In this document: positions 12,973 through 26,984 of the stretch, in pieces
Numbering within the stretch: position 1 is the stretch's first letter
Layout of the letters: each line of letters begins with the position of its first letter
Origin: Amphiscolops sp. MND2022
Taxonomy: Eukaryota
NCBI GenBank assembly: GCA_964187785.1
Contig: OZ076409.1
Coordinates: forward strand, 84,880,001 to 84,944,000
DNA length: 64,000 nucleotides
Direction of reading: 5' to 3'
The notes under the pieces: model-generated
What the model was told of the DNA's origin: nothing
What the model saw: the letters and a program-made list of their open reading frames with translations, nothing else
The model's database searches: none
Position numbers and translations under genes: made by a program

Positions 12973-14452
12973 AGCCGCAACCCAGGAGTTGCGTGGAACC
13001 CGTGGCGCAACGATCATTGAAGGAAAACAGACCACCCTCCATTGCAAAACTGCAAAACTATGAAACTTTCACTTGAAAACTTTGTCTGTTTACATTTGTT
13101 TTTCTTTGAAATGCCATGTAGCTAATTTATACAATCAAATTTAGAAACGGGTCTAGTTTTATATGCTAGTAAGAGCTTGTGATTGTCTAAAACGCAGCCC
13201 AACGAAGAGCAAATAATAATTAGTGAGTAATAGAAGACGTAATGATGACTCCTATTAAGCCCAATTTGACTTAATTACCATTCAGCGCCAATGACTATGC
13301 GGTACTATGCTGTTCGAGCATTTCCGCATACTCATCATTGCACGTTTTTATTAGGTTCACTATGCGGTATCTTACGCTTCGAGGTGTGATGAGTAATCAC
13401 TAGTATACATAACAACACTATACGTCACCCTGCTCTTCGAGTAGTAACGTATGGTCGCCACTGTACATTTTTAGTAGTGTTAGTTATAAAATATCAGTAT
13501 TATTAGAGCAGTCCAAATCGCGTTCAAAGTAATTATTTTGTATGATGCTATTTATTGCATTCTAGGGTCTTGGTGTTCTATATGTCTTGAGCACTAGAAA
13601 TATAGTATGACGTTTTTGACGTAATCCTATTTTTGTAAGTTCCAATATGACTCCGATAAAAATGAGTGTCATGGTCCCCATTTTTCCAGGGTTAAGATCG
13701 CAGTAAAAAACGAGATTCAGTTGAAATATAACCTTCATAAGTGTAAAATTGATACCCAAATCAGCTTTTTAAAACCGTCTTTACACCAATTGTTCTATCT
13801 CTTTTTTTTAGATTTGAAAGTAATTCAGCACATTTCGAGTCTTTGACCACCAAAACACCATTTTCAACTAAGAAAAATGGGACACAAGAGAAACAGAAGA
13901 TCAAGGAGGCTGGAAACCCTATCTCTAGAAAGAGAATTAGAGAGAACACAAGTAGAAACCTCTATTACAGGTAATGAGACTTTAACTAATCTTAATACAG
14001 TTGTTCAAAAAATTTAGGCGAAAACAACTCGGAAAATCAGTTGACTGAACCCAGTCAGCTCAGCAACGAAATACAAGTATGCACACAAATTATGGAACAA
14101 AAGAATGATGATAGAATTGAAAGAATGAGAGAAGAAATGGACAATAAACTAGAGGCTATCCTGAAAGAAGTTAAATCTAACAAAACAACATCAACAGTAA
14201 CAAACCCAAGATCAAAAATTAACGAAATACAAAATTCACAACCGTCAGGATTCAAAACAAATAGGTCTATTAGGTCTATTGGACTTCGCGCATCTAATAT
14301 TGAACACTCAGATTCAGAAAACGACGATTATCCTCTAAGAGCTTCAAAAATGAAAGACTTGAAGCATCATGCAAAACTATTATTTCAAAACGAATCCGAT
14401 GTAGATATCACGATACTTTCAAACGAAAAATCAGACGTAGAGTATTATCACA
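12973..14452 (+). repeat. G1 5' LTR, copy 2
   Basis: Duplicate of 10926-12406. Ends TATCACA directly before the PBS. Homologous to 28064-29295. Confidence 0.85.
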
Positions 14453-15560
14453 TGGTGACAGGAGCCAACCGACAACTCCATAGACAAAATCCTCAAAACC
14501 AAAACGACACAATAGGATCCCACGTAGACCAAAATCTGTCGAACCCAACAACAAGATCACTCGATCCAGTAAATCAGATTGCACTAGCAATAGAAAAACT
14601 GGCGTACAAAACTCCCCACAATCAGTATTCCATCCTAAAAACACGCTCACTTTCAATGGGATAAATGAGAAAAATGAGAAATTTGAATATTTTGAAGATC
14701 TGTTTCACACAACACTTAGAATGCAACCAAACCTAAGAGAAGACATGAAGATTAACCATTTTCACGCACACCTCAGGGCTAGGCACTCAAGACATTCAAA
14801 AACATACAAAGAACTCCAACTACAACATTAGAAGACATTCTCAAAGTCTTCAGACGAAAATATGTAAAAGCGGAATCCAGTGCATCAGCAAAGCACAGAT
14901 TCAAAAGACTTGCATTTGATCCGGAAAATCAGAAACTCCCAGATTTCTTAGAGGACTCCAAGAGTGCTGAGAAAGCGTTTGGGGAGAACGCATACCAAAT
15001 GATAGGAAACCTGCTCTTCGCTAAAATGCCTCCCCACCTCAAAAAGTCCATTAATCAAGCATATCTCGAAAATGGAACATATGACAAAATCGTCAAACAT
15101 CTCGAAAAAGAGATGGAACTAAACAATTTGGAAGCCGATCAACCTCTTGTGAAAACACAGATGACGGTCACTAAAAAAACAAAACGCTGAAAAAACCCTC
15201 AAAAAACAACAAAACGAAAAAACCAAAACACAAACGACGAAAACAGTACCAAACAAAACCCTCAAAAATGACCAGTGCCGTTAATGCAAAGAGACAGGTC
15301 ACATGATGGCCGAGTGTCCCAAATTAGCCAAACGACGTAAACCTGAGGAAAATCCAGACGCCAAAAAATGTCAAAATTGCAATACACCCGGTCATGAAGA
15401 AGAAAATTGTTACTTCGGCGCGAACACGGAAAACCGTCCACCTTAATGGACCCTTACCGAACCTCAGAAAAAGAATTTTGAAAAATAGAAACAAGCCAAA
15501 AACTCAATAAAACCAAGAATAGAACGACAACAACAATCATCTTCCAGGCATTTAATCTAG
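13877..15560 (+). pseudogene. gag: G1 gag (frameshifted), starting inside the LTR
   Basis: MGHKRNRRSRR start, coiled-coil segment, capsid-like region (LLFAKMPPHLKKSINQAYLENGTY), knuckles CR*CKETGHMMAEC and CQNCNTPGHEEENC. Confidence 0.85.
14453..14464 (+). other. G1 primer-binding site TGGTGACAGGAG (probably tRNA-Leu)
   Basis: TGG immediately after the LTR-terminal CA. The same 12-mer occurs in G2. One mismatch from the usual Leu-type TGGTGTCAGGAG. Confidence 0.8.
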
Positions 15561-17428
15561 AAACGCCACGCCTTCATACAGATGACTGGCAGCATCAGCT
15601 GAGCCCAAAACCTACGAAAACAACAATTTACGAAACTAAACCAACAATGAAAACTCTCAACAATCAAAACTGGAAACTCAACCTGAAGACTTATATGAAC
15701 TCTCACATGACGCACCAGACAAATATTTTCCACAAAAATCAACCCATCCCAAAATCGACTCAACTCCGGATATTCACCACACTTCAAAAAATCATGTCAT
15801 TGAAAACTTCTTGCAATGATGAAAAACAACCCCTCTTAAGCGAAGATCTTTCCGAATACATACAATTTGACAAGGAACGAAACTTGTCATACCTCCCAAT
15901 CTCAACCTCCTTAACATTAAAGCGGAAGCGCCACGTGTATTACATACCGATGGACTTCGAAAAACTCACACTTGATGGTCTTTTTGATACAAGAGCGCTT
16001 ACAAGTGCAATCTCTGAACAAGACCTTAATAAAAATCAAGCTGTTGGCAAACGAAGCCATTAACGAATCTGGTCCTCCACCAAACTTCCAAATTATGGTG
16101 GTCAATGGACAACTAGAAGTCCCAATCGGTACAGTATTACTTGAATTCGAAGTGGCTGACTTCATGTTAAAGGAAAACTTCATCATCATGAAAAATCTAC
16201 CAAACCCACTCAATGGATTGTGTTTTCTCAGAAGGAATAATGCAATGTTCGATGTCACCCAAGGCATCTTAACTTTTCCTTATCTCCAATGCAACTTAAA
16301 CCCGATGCACAAACAGCAATACGCCAAGCAACATCACTGTTTGCTGAAATCACCTACACCCTACGCTGAAAAAACCCTCAAAAAACAACAAAACGAAAAG
16401 ACCAAAACACAAACGACGAAAACAGTACCAAACAAAACCCTCAAAAATGACCAATGCCGTTAATGCAAAGAGACAGGTCACATGATGGCCGAGTGTCCCA
16501 AATTAGCCAAACGACGTAAACCTGAGGAAAATCCGGACGCCGAAAAATGTCAAAATTGCAATACACCCGGTCATGAAGAAGAAAATTGTTACTTCGGCGC
16601 GAACACGGAAAACCGTCCACCTTAATGGACCCTTACCGAACCTCAGAAAAAGATTATTGAAAATTAGAAACAAGCCAAAAACCCAATAAAACCAAGAATA
16701 GAACGACAACAACAATCATCTTCCAGGCATTTAATCTAGAAACGCCACGTCTTCATACAGATGACTGGCAGCATCAGCTGACCCCAAAACCTACGAAAAC
16801 AACAATTTACGAAACTAAACCAACAATGAAAACTCTCAACATTCAAAACTGGAAACTCAACCTGAAGACTTATATGAACTCTCACATGACGCACCAGACA
16901 AATATTTTCCACAAAAATCAACCCATCCCAAAATCGACTCAACTCCGGATATTCACCACACTTCGAAAAATCATGTCATTCAAAACTTCTTGCAATGATG
17001 AAAAACAACCCCTCTTAAGCAAAGATCTTTCCGAATACATGCAATTTGACAAGGAACGAAACTTGCAAGTGCAATCTCTGAACAAGACCTTGATAAAAAT
17101 CAAGCTGTTGGCAAACGAAGCCATTAACGAATCTGGTCCTCCACCAAACTTCCAAATTATGGTGGTCAATGGACAACTAGGAGTCCCAATCGGTACAGTA
17201 TTACTTGAATTCGAAGTGGCTGACTTCATGTTAAAGGAAAACTTCATCATCATGAAAAATCTACCAAACCCACTCAATGGATTGTGTTTTCTCAGAAGGA
17301 ATAATGCAATGTTCGATGTCACCCAAGGCATCTTAACTTTTCCTTATCTCCAATGCAACTTAAACCCGATACACAAACAACAATACGCCAAGCAACATCA
17401 CTGTTTGCTGAAAACACCTATACCCTAC
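15186..17428. repeat. Internal tandem duplication in G1 across the gag-protease junction (period 1179 bp)
   Basis: 15186-16364 is repeated at 16365-17428 with AC microhomology. Copy 2 has a ~120-bp deletion at ~17066 that removes the protease active-site motif. Confidence 0.92.
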
Positions 17429-20400
17429 AACCAGGCATAACACTTGCCATAGCAAGCAAGATGCCTCACCTGATGGACCAAAATGCGAGAGGAATTGTCA
17501 CACCATCACAACAGTTTAAAAACCATCATAGCATCTTCATCACAGCATCACTTAGCACCGTTAATAACAAGGCTATCGGATATCAAATCATCAATTTCTC
17601 TGAATTACCATATACAATAATCCTTGATACCCATTAAGCGGACTTCAATACACTTACTCCAGAACAAATCAAACACATCCAACCGGTAGACTCCGCGTTG
17701 CTGTCCATCATGATACAATTTGAAGAAACATCAGAAGTCTACATAAATGAACTTCTAAAAGTCCCACAACCCAATACTGAACAGGATGCATACTGGTTCC
17801 CTACTCCTGAAGAACCAGGCGATCCAGCTACTTACACCCCAATCCAACAACGAATATACAATGAACTTCTCCAACTAAAAGAACTCGAAAAAACGCAACC
17901 CTCATATTGATGAATCATCCCGGAATGCTTCTCTTTCAAACTTCGACTGGTCCAACACGACACTCAAACACGAAGAACAAAAGCAAATTGAAGAAATCCT
18001 CATCGAATTTAACGACAACTTTGGCAGACACCATTTCGATATTGGCATAAATCGTGAAACTAAAGTGAAACTAACGCCAAACGACGACAGACCTGCTTAT
18101 AGCCAAAGACCACCAACACCGATTAACCTAAAAAATGACATCACGGTAAAACTTGCACTTCTCCACCATTATGGGATTATCACAACTCTACCTTTCTCAA
18201 AATACGCAAGCCCATATTTGCACAACGCAAACCAAACGGGCGCCTTAGACTCCTTGTTGACCTACGAAAAATCAATAATCTAATTACTGAAGTTTATGCC
18301 AATAACAACCACCCGATTAGCACTTTATCGGATGCAGCCCAACATATGGCACCGTTCCCGGGGAAAAACTTTTCTGCAAATTGGATTGCTCCTAGGCTTA
18401 CCACTGCCTTCAAATGGCAGGTTACCAATCAATCCAATTGCTAGCTTTCAACCTTGCAAGCAGACCATTGGCATATCGTTGTCTTGCCCAGGGCCTCAGC
18501 AGATCGCTTTCTGCATTCTCAAGCTTCTTGAGAGAGTACCTGGACAAAGCAATCAAAGCAGACCAATGTGCTCAATATATAGATGACATTGGCATTGATG
18601 CCAATGACACAGAACAATTGTGTACAAACATCAGAACTGTCTTCGAATGCATACGGAACGCGGGATTGAGACTTTCCATGTCAAAAGTCATTTCGGAGTC
18701 AAGCAAGTTGAATTCTTAGGACGTACGATCACACGTTGCCCCCCCAAGCTGACAAAGTGAAAGATTTTCTCTCCAAAATTCGTTTTCCCAAATCCAAAAA
18801 GGCGGCGTTACAAAGATTTACCGGATTTCTAAACTACTACTGCAACTACATTCCACGCCTTTCTGAACGGCTCTCTCCGTTCTTTAAACTCCTTAAAGAA
18901 ACGTCCAAATTCTATGTACCAGCAAATCTCGTAGAAGATTTTACAAACCTCAAAAAACTCCTCGAAAATTCTTGCCAATTAGCAATAAGACAACCTTTGA
19001 AAGACGAGCAACTTACAGTCATGTCTGATGCAAGTTTCACAGCAGCACGATATGCAATCATGATAGACGATGACCTGAACCAAAAGCAACAATCAAAACG
19101 CAAAACATGCACCAATAGCGTTTGGCGCTAAAACCTTCAATCCAACACGAACGAAAATGTCTTTATATGCGAAAGAGTTTTTTTCCATATATTTTGCATT
19201 GGTTGAGTTTGGGCACCTCATGTGGGGAAGCACCTTCCCAATCATCGTGTTCACAGACAATCGCTCAGTAACCCAATTTCTTCAAACAAAAATGATTCCC
19301 CCAGCACTCTGGAATGCATCGACTATGTCTCACAATACAATTTCGTAATCGCCCATGTTGCTGGTTCAATGAACACTGCAGCCGAATTCCTATCAAGAAC
19401 GGAAGTTAACCCCACTGAAAAATTCGAAATGACTATCCGTAATGATATTCACACAAAAGCAATCGAAGTGAATATTCAATCATCTGGCATCGTTGAAGAA
19501 GAACAAATCTATGTTCTCCCCGACAACGAAATTGACGAAAATCAACTCTGGGAAGAAAAACAAATATTACGAAATCAAGCCCAAAAGGAAACCCATAACG
19601 ACCCACAGAATGAAGTCGCTGAACTACAAAAATTTCATAAACCCACATCAGGGGTGATCTCAATATCGTCAGGGTACTTCAAGGACAACGCAAGAATTCG
19701 CCTTTAACAGAACAACGACGTAGTCCTCAGAAATCTGAGAGCCAAAATTGAAGGTCAACCTTTTGATGAAAAGGAATTGGCATCCGATTACCGATACCAG
19801 CACTACCTACAAAACATAACAAGAATCGAGATTAAACAAGAAAATATTACACGGACACTGGAACCATGTCTCACTACCAAATCCCCTTACATATCCAACT
19901 GCTAGATGAATTTCATCAGGCCCTGCACGGTCATAACTTGAGTTATCCAGGAATTACAAAGATGATACAAGAAGCAAGACACAAATATTACTACGCATGT
20001 ATGGCTAAATACATCAAACAATGGGTCAGTAACTATCAAGTTTGTATTCAAACAAAACTTATCAACAACGACCTCCTCAGAACCGAACTCCTTAATTGCC
20101 CCGAATGGGGGATCTTGGCGCAGACGATATTCTACAGGTGGATACATTACCAAACCTCCCTCTTAGTGGAGGTTATGACCATATCATTACCGCTGTATGG
20201 TATCCTGTAACTCGCCTATCCTGTGACCTGCGGTTACATCCTATCCTGTAACTCGCATTACTGCAACAGCGGTATCAAGAGTCATCATGGATATACTATG
20301 CAAGCACATATACCTACCAACAACAATCATCACTGATCTAGGAACTCAATTCAAACCACAAGTACCCCATGAAATCGCAGCAGTACTTGGAATTCAGTTG

Positions 20401-21471
20401 AAACACGCAACAATGAAACATGCCCAGACAATAGGACTCCTTGAGAGAACTCATGCATCAGTAAAAACACACCTGAAAGCCTCATCAGCCGAATTTAGGA
20501 ACAATTGGCATAAATATCCCCTTTTGGCAGTCCTAAATCACAATACGACAAACCATGCATCACTCGGTTGTGAACCTTCACGAGTCTTCCATGGTAGGAT
20601 ACCACATAAAATCCGCAACTATTAACTTGGTTATAATCCTAATCCAAGATATCAACCACAAACTGACGTTGCCGAAGGAATTCAAAAGCGAATGAAAATT
20701 CTTCTCGATCAAACAAAGAAGAATGCTATGAAATCTTACCTTAAATACAAAGCCTATTACGATCGAAAAGCAAACGCAGCTATGTTCGAAATGACGGACT
20801 ATTGTTACATTCTTAACCCAAAAGCCGACACGCAGGCAACAAAAGTACTATTCCGAGATTTCAGATGGTATGCACCAAATAAAGTAGAAAAAGCGCTACC
20901 TAACAATAACTATATTGTCAGGAGACTTGGAACAAATAAACCGCAACTGCTACACAGGATTCGTCTGCGGAAATTCACTCCGCAAGCTCCATTAGCAGAC
21001 TTTTTTGTTCGTGAAAATGATTGCCAAAAAGATGACCAAATACCAATAGCAAATGATTATCTATATGCTCAACCATGGAACACGAACTTCGGGTCTAACC
21101 CGTTTGATGATGGGCCTTCAGAGTATCCTTAAGATACAGAAAACACAGAATATATCCCAATACAAATACCCGCGCATAACCGCCCACCTTCCCCAGGAAC
21201 TTCAAAAAATAGAGGGAAGAGCCCAGTGGAACATACCACCGAACCAGATGAAGATCATACAAATGAAAATCCTCAGCAAATCAGTGAAGATGGTCAAAAT
21301 ACCCAAAAAACCCAAAAAGATACCAATAATTCGTCAGACGATGACATGCAAAAAACCCCATAAAACTCCCAAAACGCCCCATTGCAAGAAGAACCTATAA
21401 ATACTCGTGGTGAAAATTACAACTTAACCCCTAATCCCAACCCAAATTACTCTGACTCTTACAGATACTAG
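15561..21471 (+). pseudogene. pol: G1 pol: protease, reverse transcriptase, RNase H, integrase (many frameshifts and stops)
   Basis: DGLFDTRA (PR), LAQGLSRSLSAF..QYIDDIGI (RT), MSDASF and FTDNRS (RH), HHCC remnants plus TDLGTQF and GLLERTH (IN). Ends PNPNYSDSYRY*. Confidence 0.95.
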
Positions 21472-21760
21472 AAAACCAATTGCAGAGGAATCTTTATCAT
21501 TTTTCTTCGTTATGCGTTACAGCGCATTGTTTTCGACTTCTCCTTTTCTGCTAAACAAATGGTAATACTGGAATAGATACAAGAAAAACATCAAAGAATA
21601 ATACAAACAAGAAGTAAGAGAGTCACTTTAACAAAATTATAAATGACAACCGAAAATCAGTTTTTCTTGCCGTTTCCGGCTTTTGATATCTTATTCTTCG
21701 TAACATCTTCCTGGGCCGCCTCAGAGCAGCGACTAAGGGATACGCTAACTCTGCCCAAAG

Positions 21761-24700
21761 TCAGATCCGGAGACGGGTTACTGTGTACACTACCAGCCCG
21801 ACTAACACTGGGATGGCAGTATTTGACGTCACCATAGGCCTGTCGTATTGCAAAACCGCCATTCGATACTCAGCCTCCATCTTCCCTAGCATTGCTGTTT
21901 GTCGTGGGCCACTCCCCTTTAAGAAATTCCAGACGGAAATTTTTTTATCCACCAACAAATCGGATCGGCAACCCACATGCTGGAAAACTCTACACACAGA
22001 TTTTGGATCCTTATACAGGCTGGATACATGGGGAACTGTCAAATAAGACATTATAAGACTTCGAATGCATGACTCAAACATTTCCAAATCAGAAGCTAAC
22101 TTTGGCAAGGGGATGGTGAAAACCTGTGGAGTGTCTACAAGAGGAGGTAAACACAAGCAAGATAGCTTATATAATTGAAATAGCTCAGGGCGGCATTGGA
22201 TCTCGTGGTGCGCTGAAACGAAATGAATCCAATCAACACGATCGGGGGTTGACTCAGAACGCAATTTGACGGCAAAGGTACAATATTGACTTATCACTTT
22301 CGTTTTGTCACTAGATGTAATCAATTTCATGGAGACGAAATGACTAGAGATTTTCTCTATGGCAGTAATGTAATGACCTTTGCGTCCGTCAAGGATTACC
22401 GCTGGGTCAAAGGCAGATAAACCCCTGATGAGACCAGAATTGACAATTTCGTGTTCCAGTAACTGTTTACACAAAGCTTTGCCGAATGCGATATATTGGT
22501 CCACAAATTTGCTTGAGAGCGGCAATTTGCTTGCGACAACTAGCCAGTGGAAGTCTTCATTTAGGACGTACTCATCTGCTGTCGTGAAAGGAAGGCCAAA
22601 CTGATTCAAATCCAACTGTAGGAATCCATCCCAATCGGAAATAATGCCCAAGGTAGAGTCAGGCAAAATACTCTGGAGCTGACTATAAATGAACACCGAA
22701 AATTGATTGAACAAGCGGAAACCACCCTCCATATTTGCTCGGACCTCAGAGAATGCTGAATTGTCTAAAACATACCGAACAATTCAATACCTATTACCTT
22801 CGTATATCTGAATAAATCAAAACAAAAGAGAATTAACTGGAGGAATATCTCAATATACCACGTGCGGAAATACAAGCTTAAAAGTACGTATTCAACGCGA
22901 ATAATTTGAAAGTAACGTCATCCTACGGAACAAGCTGTAGTGATTATGCGTCACTATGCGGAATTATCATGACTGGATAAATATATTGCCGTCCTGAACA
23001 GTGAGTATAATTATGCGTCACTATACGGAACAAGAAGTAACGGTTATACGTCACTATGCGGAATTGGCATGAACGAACATATTTATTATCACCCAATTCA
23101 GTGTATTTGAATATACGTCCCCGTGCGCAACGAGGTACTGAGAAAATACGGTACTACCCGGAAAATAAACCACTGACAGTGCGTAGCAAATGGGAACCAA
23201 AAAACAGTGACAAAGCAACCGACTGTCAACATATTATATTGATTAGAACAAGGAAACCAACTGACAATCGTCGATGACGCATCTTATGACGAAAAGTCGG
23301 GCTAAGTATGCGGTTTCCAACCGAAAGCATTCATCCATAGTTTGGCTAGAATGAAAAGAGATTGATGAAAGAATGGAAGTAAAGTGCCAAAAAGCTGACT
23401 GAATAAAAGATTTATGAAATGTAGCATAACCTCTCGGATATGGAAACGGTAGGATGGAAGTCGAGCGACTCGATTTAAGTGTTTCTTGACATGGTCCCAA
23501 TTTATCGACAGACGTTCAATAATGACGGATGCTTCTGCGAGGGAATACTCCAGGCGAACTACGCTCTGAAGAAATAAAACGAAACAAAATAACAGCCCGA
23601 AACGATTACTTGGGGGAAATGGTATAGTGTTTACCTTATGGAGGAGAGGCAATTTCTTCAGCCAATCCCGGTCTAACGCGGTGCGTAATTTCATTATCAA
23701 GAAATCCAGGATGGTCCGGAAATTGTGTCGCTCTATAATCTGAGAAGTAGGTATTGAAAGGCACTGCTCGAATTCCTCAGGATTGAAGACACGGATGTTG
23801 GTCGGCAGTTGTTTTCCAGGAAGGCAAGTTGACAAACAATCGCCCAGTTTGTCTCCAACATTAGTAACGGCATCGCACTGGGGGTATGTCTGAAAAAAAA
23901 CCTAAGAAAGAGGAGATGAAATTCATGATCTTGTGGTGCAGTAACATCCCGCGTGGGGTGCTGCCAAAACAGACTCGGTGGAACACGTTGCCCGACCAGA
24001 AGTTCAAGAAAAAAAGAAGTGGTTCGGGTGTGTTGTAACGCAAGTGAATAGTACCCCGAGGCATTGATCATTGTGACGCAATAGGCCATTAGCTCACAGA
24101 ATAATTGCATTACAATTCCCTGGAAAAACCAATGCTTGAACACGACGACTCAGGAATAAAAAGAACAATAGAGATACACTACAATGAAAAATACTAACGA
24201 AAAGTCGTTCTGAGTTCCAATTCTGATGGAACTGAACCGCAAAAGCTCGTCGTAAACTCCAGTGAGGCTGCTTATAAGTCCTCCATGGCGCAGCCCAATT
24301 TCGAGAATGGTAATTTGGAAAAGGATCTTAGCAGTTGCGCTGCCCGTTGCACGAAAGTCTGGAACTGAGTCTTGCCCGACTAGTGGTCGGCATGGGTCTA
24401 ACTGTGGCGCAATAGGATATGTATCCTTGGCATTCTTTTTGGATTCTTGTAAGGAAAGCCCAAGGAATTCCCGTTCATTTTTGTCGAACAGAGCCATTCC
24501 GGGCACCTCTATTCGAACACGGTGCTCTTCAACTACGTGGGTCTCAGAACGGTAGTGAGACACTAATTCGAGACTCCCACGACTCATCAGCGAAAGTTCC
24601 GTTTTGCACACGTGCACCACCCTTTGTAAGGTGTCTTATCTTTGTCCAGTGGTCTTGTGGCTGAAAACTTCAGGACTGGTTGTTTTTTAAGCATTGATCC

Positions 24701-25927
24701 GGTAATGGAATACTTGGGTCTGCGCCTCTTTCCAACCACTACAGGATTTTCGACTTGGGCAACAGCTGATATTTCTTCAGAAGCAACCTGAGCAGAAGTG
24801 TCTTCTTGGTATGAAGTAGCCAGCAAAAGAGGTAATTTGGCTTCGTCTACAATCATAAGAGGCAAAGAATGATTTGGATCGACCTCCTCACCCATCATGT
24901 ATTCTTGCGGAATACGTTCCAAAACACTGGTCAGTGTGAGGATCTCTTGTCTTGTAATACGGAGACTAGGTTGTGCTATATCGGGGTAAATACTTCCGGT
25001 GATAGCTTCTCGGCTATGAGTGGCGAATGAGGAACCAACTTGACCTGAATCATCTTCGGCGGTTTGCTCAAGAAATTGGCTGAAGTGAGGAGTTCCAGTC
25101 TGCGAGGTACTCGGTCTCTCAAACCCCCGAAATATCTCTTCTCCAAGCAAATGAACCGAGCTGTCCATGTTCGTGGTGGGAGTAGCCAGGAGTTGAAGGT
25201 CAGCTGGTCCAGTTGTCGAAAATTTTTTCCACGTTGTGTTTCGGACGATGCCTGACTTCGTTGGGGAGGCTTGAGGAGTGGCTGGTGCTTGCTCGTGTAC
25301 GACAGTTTTTCCCTCGTCAATTCGAAGGGCTGGCGTATCTGGTGTCTCCTGTACTGCGGGAAGCTGAGTTGAGCTCGGCGAGGTAGATTGCAGCGAAGTG
25401 TGAATCTTAGCAGGTGATTTAGTTGGGGACGTTTCTGTAGCCTCTGGTTCAACTGAAACACGCTGTCTTGTTAATAAACACGAAAAAGATAGTTCGTAGC
25501 AAGCGATGGACGTTAGCAATTAACTGAAAACGGACGCCGGGACGGGAAATGAATGAAGAAACGGAAGTTGCTTAGAAGTTAGAAATGGAAACGTTTCGAA
25601 AAAATTCTGAGTTTGGTCTAAAGTATCTAGGTCATTTCCGGCTGCAAGCCTGGCCAGCTTGACAGGACTCAAAAATTGCTCAAAATGAAATCTATCAAAT
25701 TAAATTCTGAAAAACAAGTTGAACTCACCAGAGGTAGACCAGAAAGACGAATTGTAGTCCCTAGCTCCAACTCGATAATGGGGACTTGATCTTTTCGTGA
25801 CCGTCGTTTCCCCGACAGTTCTGCTTCCATGGTTGGATCCATTCCGTCCAAGAATACGAGAATGAAGGTAAATCCAGTTGACGAGAATCAAGAAGGGGAT
25901 AAATATACTAATCTGTGTAGAAGTCAA
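21761..25927 (-). pseudogene. G1 antisense, intron-containing accessory gene: zinc-finger / hAT-transposase-derived protein
   Basis: Ser/Thr/Pro-rich N-terminus; WCHVCKTELSLMSRGSLELVSHYRSETH finger (across a frameshift); IIERLSINWDHVKKHL; LIRGLSAFDP; LFQLYKLSCLC. GT-AG introns at ~24149-24198 and 23566-23634. Homologous to 32998-37130. Confidence 0.8.
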
Positions 25928-26984
25928 CGAAAAATATCAAAGACGAAAGAAGAGGGATGAAGGGTCTGAACTGCGATGACGACAAAACTTTGATTAACAA
26001 AACTATTTTGACAAAAGAAAACTCACAGAACGTAATGCAATAGAGGCGTTCCGTACTGAAAGAAGGCAAAAAAGCAAATGAAACAAGTTAGCGCAAATGT
26101 GGAAAGCCAACGTGAGAATCTGATTGGTTAAATAAATGTCAACCACGTCTGCCAGCATCATTGATTGACTCACTATAGTCTTTGGATGAAAGAATACACG
26201 TGGGAAAATTACTGCAAAGCAAATTGGAACGATTTGATATACGTGAGTATGCGACAGTACGCGGATTGACTAGTGGCGAGTGTGCGGCAGTGTGCGGAAT
26301 TGCAGTGAAGACTTTGCGACAGTATGCGGAATTGCAGACGAAGACTATGCGGCAAAATGCGGATCGAGTAGTGACGCATACTCGGCATCCTGCGGTTTTT
26401 GCTTTATGCTTGCAAAGAGATTGATTAATACTGCCAATGGTTGGAACTGAATGAATAAGGCAGTGTTACGTAGTATGATGATTAAAATACACACTTTGAG
26501 TGACTTTTTTGATGGTTGATATACGAAGTCAATGATGCTCTTTTGAACTTAATATGTTTGCAGATGTTCAGACTGGTGACATATATTGAAAATCTTTTGA
26601 ATAAAATTACCTGCGAAACTGAAACTTATTTGTTAATTGTCAGCCCTCTTGCATTTTTCAAATGCAGAACCAGGGCTATCGTATGTTTTTTTCCTAAAAA
26701 CAAACTTTAGTTTAGAAAAGACCTGATTTTAAAATGAAACATGTTTAGTGACGTTCTTCATTTTTCTATTAAACTTAGTCATGCAAGGTTAAATAAATTT
26801 GATTCTAAACTGTTTCAATGAATTTTTTCATGAAACTTTTCTTAGCTTAATTTTTTTGAAGTTAGTATAAATTTGTTTATATATCGTTTGAATATCGGAG
26901 AAGCGATGTAAGCTTTGATGATGAGTGGTGATTCGTTGAAGTGTTAAGTGAAACACCTTTTATATAAATTGTTTATAACTTGTT

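Larger units (their letters stand above)
10560..14654. repeat. Tandem duplication, period 2047 bp (10560-12606 / 12607-14654)
   Basis: The unit contains the Tc1 right end, flank, G1 5' LTR, PBS and start of gag. TTTC microhomology at 10556, 12603 and 14651. Confidence 0.95.

Noticed and set aside
25700..25927. Hydrophobic ORF starts here and at 32643 as env-like signal or TM segments
   Set aside because: Non-ATG starts in T-rich leader sequence, antisense to pol, and no furin site or fusion-protein pattern.
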